Shown one piece after another: positions 52,953 to 64,000 of a DNA stretch of 64,000 bases. This DNA is from Octopus vulgaris (Eukaryota), in the NCBI GenBank assembly GCA_951406725.2, contig OX597823.1, forward strand, positions 106,702,001-106,766,000, in the 5' to 3' direction. The position numbers and the translations under genes were made by a program. The notes below the pieces were generated by a model. It was not told the DNA's origin and did not search any database. It worked only from the letters and a program-made list of their open reading frames with translations. Each line of letters begins with the position of its first letter. The stretch's first letter is position 1.

Positions 52953-53505
52953 AACGATAAAATTTTAAAGAAAGAAAAGAAAGACGAAATTGTTTTTCCT
53001 TCTTCAGCATTGATGTGTTTACTTGTTTAATTTTTCTATCAGAGAAACTGACAACCAGCCAGAGTAATCTGTGACTACATGCATAAAATGTCAACAAAAG
53101 GGGAAATTGTCAATTTGATTAAATTTTCAGTTGGGCGCCATTTTGCTTCTGTAGATTCAGCATGGCTGATGTAATTTCCCCTCTTCATATCGCAGCCAGC
53201 AAAGTGGAGAGTTCGCTGAAGTTTGTCAATATTCGTGTGGAGTACGAGGTTTGAGGTTTGGGCTGACGAAACATTTAAGGAGTTGTGATGTGGGCTGGGA
53301 GAAGTTTATGGTGAGAAAAAAAAAAGTTTTAATGCATGTGATTCCAAACGTGTATGTATGTGTATGTGAGAGTTTATTAAATGTTTTTATATGTGTATGT
53401 ATGCCAAAACTGTAAGTTTTTGCTTGTACGAATTTATCAAATTGAGATGGGCGTCCATATAAGAATAAGAAGAAAAAAGAAATAATTCCGATTCTAATTA
53501 TATAC

Positions 53506-53569
<64 letters not shown>

Positions 53570-54049
53570 TTATATATATACACACAAAGACACATTCATA
53601 TGCATATATATACATATATATATATATATATTATAATACGTATAGATGTATATACGCATAAATATATATCTGCACATATATATGATATATATATGTGTGA
53701 GTGCGTGTATGCCTGTGTGTGTGCCTCTGTGTGTGTGTGTGTGTGTGTGTCTATACATATCTACGTGTTTCTGTGTATGTGTATTATATGCATGTATATA
53801 TGGTTGTGCATTTCTAACATAAACATTCCTCTATTGATGATTTCTTTGTTAATAACTGTTTATTTGTTTCAAAATACAAACCACATGCATTGGAACAAAC
53901 ACACACACACACATACACACACCCATACACACTCATACATATACATACACTCACACACATCAAAAATACTGAAAGCTGTTTAAAGAACTCTAAAAAATAT
54001 TTTTTTTAAAGTGAAATGAGGGTGTATAACAGCCGCCATAACATCAACA

Positions 54050-54126
54050 TCGACAAAAACAACAACAATAACAATAATAATGGTGATGATGATGATGATG
54101 ATGATAATCATATTTATGATAATATC

Positions 54127-54191
<65 letters not shown>

Positions 54192-54226
54192 TAATAATAA
54201 TAATAATAGCAATATTAAATATAATG

Positions 54227-54286
<60 letters not shown>

Positions 54287-54347
54287 TATAATAATAATAA
54301 TAATAATAGCAATAATAATAATAATAATAGCAATATTAAATATAATG

Positions 54348-54422
<75 letters not shown>

Positions 54423-54461
54423 GCAATAATAATAATAATAATAGCAATATTAAATATAATG

Positions 54462-54545
<84 letters not shown>
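54050..54545. repeat. (AAT)n tract with a higher-order unit
   Basis: agcaatattaaatataatgat recurs three times. Confidence 0.95.
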
Positions 54546-54546
<1 letters not shown>

Positions 54547-55198
54547 CGTAAAAATATTAAAACACCAAGTTTGCAAATTGACAAGGAAGACTTAAGCTTG
54601 TCAAAACTGAAACATTAAATTTTGTCGAAGCTTTGAATTGGCCCACAACTGCATCATTCTTAAACCATGTCATGCTTGGTTATTCTGTTATAAATTGCGT
54701 TCATGAAATAGGTTGACGTTCGATTCTTGGAACCACCGGTTGGTTTACGAAACAGACAAAGATAATTGGTAGGAACAAAAGCAACTGTACAAAAAAAAAG
54801 AAAAGAAATTGGACGAAAGACAAAACTACGGATGTCTTTGTGAAATGTAGTGTTTAACCGTATGACTTTGACAGATTTTGTTTTTGTATTTAAGAGCGAA
54901 TGAAGTCTAAAGCAATAGATTTCTAAATTGAGGGAGACATCTCGATTGTGTGTAACTAGTTATTAATGAAATTAGTGCACACGAACACACAGCGCTCTAT
55001 ATACTCAGCTATATACATACGCACAGGCACACAGACACATGCATATATTTGGCATATATATGTGCATGTATAATGCATGTTAACGAAAGTCCTCGGCACT
55101 CATGCATACATTTCGCAAACGTTTAGACACGATTGACAATCATTCGCACATGCACTGACAATTGGATGCAAGCGCATGCACACGCGCGCGCATGCACG

Positions 55199-55235
<37 letters not shown>

Positions 55236-55346
55236 ACAAACAAACACACATTTAGCACAAACATGCGTCGACATTATGCACACGTGAACACATATTTAAA
55301 TATGTCAGTATATATGTGTATATACATACATACACACACACACACG

Positions 55347-55396
<50 letters not shown>

Positions 55397-55857
55397 TGGA
55401 GGTACACACATATATACATATATGTCTATCATATATGTATGTCTATCGCTTATTTTTTTATGCATTCGTTTTTCTTTACTTTCAATTTTTTAAACGAGTT
55501 CCAAACTACTTTATAGTTAAAGAAGGACTTGTTCATAAGAATTAGATTTGTAGTACATTAGAATGTTATATCTTCGTGAATAATCACTTCCGGTGCATTA
55601 CTTCCGGTTCATTACTTCCGGTTCATTACCCCCAGTATAGTACTTCTGAATTATGTGCAGGAAGTATATAATTTTGTCAGCGAAAATTTATGAGCAATGT
55701 AATATTTACTGAAATGTCATGTCATGTGACACATCGATTGTTAAGTGATTCGATAAATGAGATATGCTATCGAATTAACAAGAAGTGTAATTAGGGCTTA
55801 AGAAAGAAAATTTTCACTTCGTTCTATCTCCTATATGGTCCAAACACGTACATGGCC

Positions 55858-56020
55858 GCAGGCAGGGCTGTATTTTTGAGAAATTTGTTTCACAACTCCT
55901 GCACAGCTACTCTTTCAAGCCTCACTGCGCGGCACATTGAGCAGGTGTTTTCTCTCTTCGCATGGGGTTAACCAGCACCTGAATAAAAATTGCCAGATGG
56001 AATCTGTGGAGAAGACCATG
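55858..56020 (+). mobile_element. Highly degenerate SINE family A 5' half
   Basis: gcaggc.gggctgt...cactgcgcggcacattgagcaggtgttttct. Confidence 0.5.
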
Positions 56021-56301
56021 TTAGGAATCATTGTTGTTTTGAGTGTCATAAACTTAATCGGTCAACCGGTTCAAAAGCATCACCTGACCGTCAGGTGATT
56101 TTAGTACACTCCATTCTGTTACTATCATTCGAGTCATGTCTTAGGTTTTATTATAAATTCTCTCTTCCTCCCAACTTTGTCAAAGACCACCAATGGACAC
56201 TACGTTTGCCCCCCTCACAATAACAAAAAACGTATTTCGGTTTGACTAGATATTCCATGGTTTAATGCTTTGATAACAGTTATTAACCAATTCATTGATT
56301 A

Positions 56302-56520
56302 CAGTAAACCCTCGACTATCGCGGGTGTTACGTTCCAAAACCCTCCGAGATAGGTGAAAATCCGCGAAGTGGAAACAGTACTGTACTGTATTTCTTTTTT
56401 ATTACTTTTATAATTTGTATATATTTATTTTATTATAAATGCAAAACAACACCACACGTGAATCGACGTAAGCTTTAATAAACCGCAATACCTGACCCGC
56501 GATATGGTGAGGGATTACTT
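56302..56520. mobile_element. pogo/Tigger-like MITE
   Basis: TA|cagtaaaccctcgactatcgcggg ... cccgcgatatggtgagggattact inverted ends, no coding capacity. Confidence 0.8.
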
Positions 56521-56621
56521 TCATTAATGTTTTTTTTTTACAGTTTCATAGAGGTATTGACAAGAACTATTGTATGTGGATGATCCGGTATTGAATCCAA
56601 ACTTCTGATCATCTGGATTAA

Positions 56622-56790
56622 TTTAAGAAGTTTGCTTCCCAACCACTTGGTTCCAGGTTCAGTTCCACTGCGTGATACATTGGCCAAGTGTCTTTTACTA
56701 TAACCTCGGGCCGAGTAAAGCCTTGTAAGTGGATGTAGTAGACAGAAACTGAAAGAGGCCCATCCCATATGTGTGTGTGTGTGTGTGTTG
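56622..56790 (+). mobile_element. SINE family A 5' half
   Basis: aagaagtttgcttcccaaccac..ggttcc.ggttcagttccactgcgtg...gacagaaactgaaag. Confidence 0.8.
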
Positions 56791-57394
56791 AGTCCATTCA
56801 TTGCAAGTTTCCATCTACCCCTCTCCTTCCACACATTTATTCTTTTCTCTCTCTCTCTCTCTCTCTCTTTCCTTTTTTTTTTCCTTTTTTATTTTTTACC
56901 ATTTTGACTAAACTCATTCTCATTCTTCAAGGTAAACCTTTTGAAATAAAGATAAACCTTCATTTCAATAGCGTTCATCTTACAGGACTTACTTCTTCAC
57001 AAATGTTTCTCTTTACTAATTTTAAAGGATCTTATAGGCTTTAATGTGTCTTTAGTCACAGACCAATACTTCCATGAACAAAACACGGCAAGAATATATG
57101 AGATCAACCCATAAAAATCCGTTCTTCTCCAAGTTATTGAACTACTACCATTTACCGATTGTACGAGACGTGAAATGAATTGGCTCAAGATGGAATAGAA
57201 CTTTCGTCAACTTCAAAAAGGCGGAATAGCATGATATTACAAATTCCTCAGCAAGAGCCAAATTCTCAATAGTACATATACTTGTCACTTTCCAAGCATC
57301 CATTTTCGGGGACTATTGCTATGAATCCTTCCCGGTTCTCTGATTTCAGAAGCATCCATGAAAGTGGTTTCCTGCAAAAGCACAAGGCCTCATT

Positions 57395-57560
57395 CATAAC
57401 TGGGGTAATGACCGAGACGATCACGCCAGTTTTAGTATTTGACCAATATTTTATTTCATTGACTCAGAAAGGATAAAAGGTGACGTTGTCCTCGGAAGAA
57501 TTTGAACTCAAAACGTAATTGGCCGTCGGTTGTCCGAAACTGTAATGATTCAGCCATTTT
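57395..57560 (-). mobile_element. Degenerate SINE family C
   Basis: gaaaggataaaagg...ctcggaagaatttgaactcaaaacgtaa. Confidence 0.6.
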
Positions 57561-57691
57561 AATACCCTAGTGACACCTAACGATATTAACATGTAATGTC
57601 AGCTATTATTTTCATTACAAAACTGTCAATGCAACCACCTATTACTTCTACCGCTTCTACTAACATCATCACTAAAAGCACCACCACCACC

Positions 57692-57790
<99 letters not shown>

Positions 57791-57811
57791 GCTGCTGTTG
57801 CTGTTGTTGTT

Positions 57812-58020
57812 GTTAAGCAGCAACACGGGTAAGGGTGATTAGGTGATGATCTAGGGCTTAGGGGCAGGAGACCCCAGACCTTGGAAAAACCCCAAAAAGA
57901 AACAAAAACTTTGGTCATCTTGTTGTAGTCGAGGGCTCTTCGTTGACACCTGACACCACTGGGAGGTGGCCCTCGAAGTCTCTGGAAATGGTGATCTCCA
58001 GGTCCAAATTCTTGGACGGC
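57812..58020 (-). repeat. About 200-bp GC-rich interspersed repeat in trinucleotide tracts, copy 1
   Basis: Reverse complement of 62995-63190. Confidence 0.88.
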
Positions 58021-58737
58021 TACTACTTTTGCTGCTACTACAGATACCTCCGCCACTGTCATTTCCCCGGTACCAACACTACACGTACCTATAACTATAG
58101 CCGTGACAACTACCACCACTACACTGATGACACCACTATAATCACCACTGCCACATTCAATAATAACAACAACTACAACATCTTGACCAGTACAATCATT
58201 ATCCATACTACACCTGCCAACTGCAATCCTATTGACAACAACATCAACAATATGACTGATTGTAATCTATTAAGAAATTACCATTGGATTATGTTTCTCT
58301 CTTTTATGCCGTAACATCCAAAATAAACCCAGAAACATCAACATCAACATCAACAATATGTCCTCAACAGAAATATCCTTATCGTCATCATCGCCACGAG
58401 AAGCTTCATAAAAACTTGAAACGAGGTCACGTGAAATCGTGACATTTTCCATTCAATAATATTTTTTTATATAATGAATTTATTTAAATGAAAATAATTC
58501 ATTATTATTGTCATGGGAGACTTGGTTGACGTGACGCTGGTGTTGCTGGTGTTGTTGGTAGTGGTGGCGACGATGGTGGTGGTAGTGATGGTGGTGTTAT
58601 AGTGTTGTTTATATCGCTAGTGTTAGTGTGAAGATGCTGGCGGCATAAAAGAGAGAAACGTATTTCAATGGTAATTTCTTAATAGATTACAATCAGTCTG
58701 AAATTACAAAATGATGTTTAATGCAGATGAATTTAAA

Positions 58738-59110
58738 AATTGTACATGTCCAGTACATTATAATGTCTTACTGACCACTCTTGTACTATGACCTACTCCC
58801 CACTATTACACCGGGCCACTATCTAATGTCTCCATAACCCCTAATATAAATGTCCACTTCAGAACACTCTAATATTTTACTCACCGCTATTGTACAGGCC
58901 CACTAAAAATACCCCCTACCGACCTCATTGATCATTATTGTACGTGTCCACTCCAATAATCCCTACTGACCCACTGGCTACCATTCCAGCCTGTCCCTTC
59001 TCTAATATGTCCACCCATTATTCTCTAGAATGTTGCTGACCACATTGTACGTGTCTACTCCCACACTTCCTAGTGCAATACTCACCACCGCTGTACATGT
59101 TCATTCAATG
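58738..59110. repeat. Degenerate minisatellite
   Basis: Recurrent attgtac.tgtccact...tactgacc units at roughly 40-60 bp spacing. Confidence 0.6.
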
Positions 59111-59358
59111 CTATATCGTATACATATGACACACGCCAAGATTGTCACACTACGATATATCATAAGAATATAGAAGTGGATCAGACTGACATACTTACAT
59201 ACCATTCAAGAAAATACTATGTATTATAGAAATGGAACGAGTCCAACTTAACACTCTCTGACATATAATACGATAAGCTCTGTATATTGGAGTAAGCAAT
59301 GACGTCTTCCCCTGAGGAAGAACTTTGTGAATCTTGCGTTCTTCATCCTCAAATTGAA

Positions 59359-59811
59359 CTGCAAATATCCTGCTCAGTATCACGTATTTGCTTGTCAGTG
59401 GCTTGACCATAACAAATTGACCATGTCCCTTAGTGGCTGAGGATATCTGCGTCTCTGATCACGAGCAGAAGTGGTGAGAGGGCATCATAGTGATATGTTG
59501 AAAGGAATTCTTTGGTGTTTGTATAATTCACCTTTGGGAACATGTGTGTTTTGTTTATCATCCTTAAACAATCCTTATTCAGGGACCTTTTGAGCGGGAT
59601 GGGCTACTTGACCCGAAAAAAATTCTAATTGGCTCCCACCTGTAAGGTCAATCGCTGTTTATCTTGATATGAGATCACCATGTCGCGGACATAAGGTTGT
59701 GATGCACGTGCCTGGTGTACCCTTATCAGACGGGTAGTCATGATGGGTATATTGGGCTTCGTATAATTGTACCCCAGTGTCACATTGATGGCATGCACTG
59801 CTCTCTCACTC
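59359..59811 (+). mobile_element. 5'-truncated copy of the (AAT)n-tailed element
   Basis: Matches about 39838-40290; ends ctctctcactc(aat)n. Confidence 0.88.
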
Positions 59812-59869
<58 letters not shown>

Positions 59870-60538
59870 GACATCATCATAATGATTATCATCATCACCA
59901 CTATGGTCCTCAGCGCCATCAACATTCTCCTCATCATCTTCGTGATCACCACCACCATCACCACCACCACCATCATCATCATCTTCTTCACCATCATCAT
60001 GAATATCATCAATGACGACAACAACAACAACAACAACAACAATACCAGCAACAACAGCAGTATCCCAATCAATCATTACACCCATCGCGACTACCAACAC
60101 TCATTACGTTCATATCCTTCCAACTCTCGCCCCTAACTAATGCAGTAACCAGCTCCCACCCTTTGCTCCTACGAAGCAGCTATTCTAGCTTTCTATTTGC
60201 TTCTTTTGATTCTCTTTTCCCGTTATTTCATTTGGAACTCTTTTGTTTTGAAGATAAACACATAAAAAAGAGTGAGAGAAAAAAAAATCAACTAAATTCG
60301 CAACAACAATATCAACAGAGTCTATTTTACCTGACATTTTAATCAAATCCTACCGTTCGTTATCAACAGAAAAAAACTTAAATAAATAAAAACTTAAATA
60401 TACAAATGAACACTAAACTTAGGAAAACAAACAATAAGCTGTAAACTTTTAAAATATGCGTACATACATACACACGCACACACCTACTTCAAAACACATA
60501 TATATTCATATATGTATATACAAATATATATATATTTG

Positions 60539-60655
<117 letters not shown>

Positions 60656-60776
60656 GCATATATATATATATGCATATACATATATACAATATATATGATA
60701 TATATATTGACTCAGGGATATACATATACATACTGCTATATATATATATGTACACATATAACTATACATATATATA

Positions 60777-60808
<32 letters not shown>

Positions 60809-61520
60809 GCACATATACCTATGTATGTATATATGTTAGTATATAAATACGTATACAGATGTGTATATATGTGTATATTTATGTGTGTGCGTATACACAA
60901 ACTCACAGACGCACACACACACACACATACAAACACACACACCTATGTGAGGTGACAGACTGTGTATGTGTTTATTTATTTCACCAGTTTGTAGATTTAG
61001 TTCACTAAAATATATTCCTTATATTTGCTTTACGAAACAACATTATTAGGTACCTCGCTGAATTCTGTGATTTCATTTATTCTGCCAAAGATTTCTATCT
61101 CGCTTTCTAATTCCTTCGTTTACCATTGTTCTAAATAGTCTTTTGATAGTTATAATTCTTTTCTGAACAAATTCCAAGGTAGTTCTTTTCATTTGCCTGA
61201 TCTTATCGTAGTTACTCTGTCTGCCCTATTGTCTCACTCTTCAAAAAACACTTTTCATACATCTTCAACAATTTCTAAAATGGCGAATGTTCTTTTAAAA
61301 TCAACTCAGAAACATTTATTTTCAGAGAAAGAGAGAGAGAGAGAGAGAATAGAAAACAACAACAACAAACAATATAGATAAAGACATTTAGGGTGACTTA
61401 TCAGATACAAAAGCAAGGGAAGATAAAGGATATAAGTGTGCGTGTGTGTATATGTGTAAGTGTGTACGCGCACGCGTGCATATATACATATTTATGTGTG
61501 TTTGTATGTATAATTATGCA

Positions 61521-61621
<101 letters not shown>

Positions 61622-62110
61622 GTTTGCATATCGATATATGTAGACATATAATGTAGATTACACACAAACACATATATGTATGTATGTGTGTGTGTGTGTG
61701 TTTGTGTATCTTGATATGTGTTTTCATGTTTGTCTGTGTGTGTATGTGTGTGCGTGCATGAAGTGAACGCAGTAAATCCAAACAGTTAATATTAATTGAT
61801 TTAAAAGAAAAATTAATAAATATTTGCAAGAGAAATCGATTTAATGATGTTAGTGTGAGTGTTGTGAAATATGTTCAGCTTATCTTGTTGCTGTTTTACT
61901 TCATCTTTTCTTGTTCCGTGTGGTGTTGGCGGTGGCGGTGGTGTCGATAGTAGTGGTGACAGTATTTCTGGTGAGAGTGGTGGTCGTGGTGGCGGTGGTG
62001 GTGTTCTATTATACTTATTTTTTGGCAACGTTTCAAATTCTAGACATTTACTGAGCTCATCATTAGGTTATCGCTGCGGCATTATCACTATTATTACTGT
62101 CGTTTTGTTC

Positions 62111-62497
62111 AGGCGGTGAGATGGCAGAATCGACAGCACGCCGGACAATATGTTTCCCGGCATTTCGTCTGCTCTCTATGTTCTGAGCTCAAATTTTGTC
62201 GAAGTAGTCTTTGCTCTTTATTGTTTCGCACTCGATAAAATAAACACCAGTTGAGCACTGGGGACAATTTAATTAACTTTCAGGCCTTGTCCCTATAACA
62301 GAATGGATAAAGCGGCGTTCTTACGGTTTCGGACGAAATGCATTTTGTTTGCACGGGCTCCTTACGTTCTAAAGTCAAAACCTGTCGAGGTAAACGTCCC
62401 CTTTCACCCTTCGAAGGTTGATAAAAGAAAGTACCAGAATCAAATATTAGAAGTCAATGCAATCGACTATTTCCTTCCTCAAAATTTCAGGTCCTGA
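62111..62497 (+). mobile_element. Two tandem SINE family C copies
   Basis: ggcggtgagaTGGCAGAATCG head, gttctgagctcaaatt B-box-like motif, cgataaa..accagttgagcactgggg; second decayed copy starts at about 62305. Confidence 0.8.
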
Positions 62498-62994
62498 GGT
62501 AATAATACAAACACTGATTATTATTGCTGTTGTTCTCATTTTTGTTCTGTGTCGGATTCTCGTAAAAGGTTAGTTGTTTTTGCTGGAAATATTTGTTAAA
62601 TAAAGATCTCTATTTCAACGTGGAAAGACGAGGACAGTAAATGTGTGCCCTCGGAGGCGCTTTTCTTGCAATAAAAATTTCCATATTGTAAACTTATACC
62701 ATATCGTAAAGTTTAATGATTAATTCTATTACAAAACCAGACCACATGCCCTTTACATTGCATGAAATGGTAGGAGAGGAAATGATTCTTCTGAGGAAGA
62801 CGGTTAATAGCAAAAACCCCTCATGCCTCATCTCAAAAAGATTTCTTACTTTGACCAAAAGTGGCAGCAGTGAGGGAGAAACAGACGACAACCTTAACAT
62901 CCACATTAGGAATCACAAGACCAATTACAAAAATACCAGTAGCAACAACAACTGCATCAACAGCTGCAATAGCGACAACATCAAAACCAGCGAC

Positions 62995-63190
62995 AGCAGT
63001 TCTAGAATTTGGACCTGGAGATCTCCATTTCCAGCGACTTCGAGGGTCACCTCCCAGTGGTGTCGGGCGTCAACGAAGAGCCCTCGACTACAACAAGACG
63101 ACCACATTTTTTTCCCCAAGGTCTGGGGTCTCCCGCCCCTAAGCCCTAGTCCATCACCTAATCACCCTTACCCGTCTTGTTGCTTGACAA
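62995..63190 (+). repeat. About 200-bp GC-rich interspersed repeat in trinucleotide tracts, copy 2
   Basis: Reverse complement of 57812-58020. Confidence 0.88.
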
Positions 63191-63339
63191 CATCAACAAC
63201 AACAACAACAACAACAAAAACAGCAACAGCAGCAAAAGCAGCGTCAACAGCAGTTAAACAACAACAATAGCAGCAGCAGCAACAAAAACAACAACGATGA
63301 AGATGACGACAAAGTAAGTTGCAAGGCGACTCAGAGGCA

Positions 63340-63900
63340 AGTAATCTTTTGATGGTATGGTGGTTAAGCCAACCAAATACTCCTCACTCTTCCTTATCAA
63401 GAAGGCACGGATGACACGAACAACTTAACGGGCGAGAAGACCAAGCTGTAATTTGCAATCTCAAATGCGGTTTTGGCAGTAATTGCGTCTAAGAGAATAT
63501 GGTCAGACCGAGAATTTGTATCCAAGACAAAGCAGTTTGAGAACGTTGAGGTCTTTTTCAGAAGCGAAACCCTCGCGGATGGGAATCCTCCATGGTTTCC
63601 ATACGCAATAGGGGACTCATTCTTTATACAATATATTTGGGAGGACCTGCCACGTTCAGATAGAGCGAGTTCCACCTCGGCTTGATTTTAGGTGGTTCTA
63701 ATCTGTGTTGTTATCGAGGGCAGCGGAACATTACTTGACGTAAAATGAAATGTGGATGAGTTTTCATTTGGGAGAAGTTCCTCTTCCAGATCAAACCAGA
63801 GGATGTGAAAAAAGACTTCAAATCTTATCAACATACTCAATGGAGTGGAGCTGCGCGTTGCACTTGAGATCAGAAATCTATACTGTCATTTGTGTAGTGC
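63340..63900 (-). mobile_element. Possible old LINE reverse-transcriptase relic
   Basis: AEVELALSERGRSS and ARVSLLKK..DTNSR loosely resemble the N-terminal RT motifs (E+..AL...K.PG; +.L+.K...N.RPI). Confidence 0.25.
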
Positions 63901-64000
63901 TGAAAAAAACAGTTCAGGGCCTTCTGTCCTCAGCAAATAAAAGCAAGTGAGATCCCCCTCCCCATACACACTAATTCCAGCATCGCAGCCCATACAACAA

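Noticed and set aside
58738-59110. Repeat-spacer-like pattern reminiscent of a CRISPR array
   Set aside because: Units are degenerate and irregular with related spacers, the context is eukaryotic, and there are no cas genes; it is a minisatellite.

Overview
Eukaryotic, AT-rich, extremely repeat-dense DNA with no recognisable host protein-coding exon, so most likely intergenic or deep intronic. The SINE families and the (TA)n/(CA)n/(AAT)n/(CATA)n load resemble an octopus or other cephalopod genome; this is an inference. Almost all ORFs in the track are microsatellite artefacts. Real content: four tRNA-derived SINE families, five decayed Tc1/mariner elements, a pogo-like MITE, a hAT relic with an 8-bp TSD, two non-autonomous Helitrons, an (AAT)n-targeted repeat family, LINE relics, and two decayed Penelope-like retroelements (PLEs; Neptune-like and Naiad-like). 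The main signal is RNA structure. More than a dozen hammerhead-ribozyme (HHR) motifs of several unrelated sequence families lie in short non-coding PLE-type elements inserted in (TA)n, many as head-to-head palindromes whose inversion point is next to the ribozyme. Two divergent copies (37131-37275 and 14867-15007, minus strand) carry all hammerhead core elements in a non-circularly permuted, pseudoknotted order, with compensatory base changes between the copies. All structures were folded by eye; none was computed or tested.
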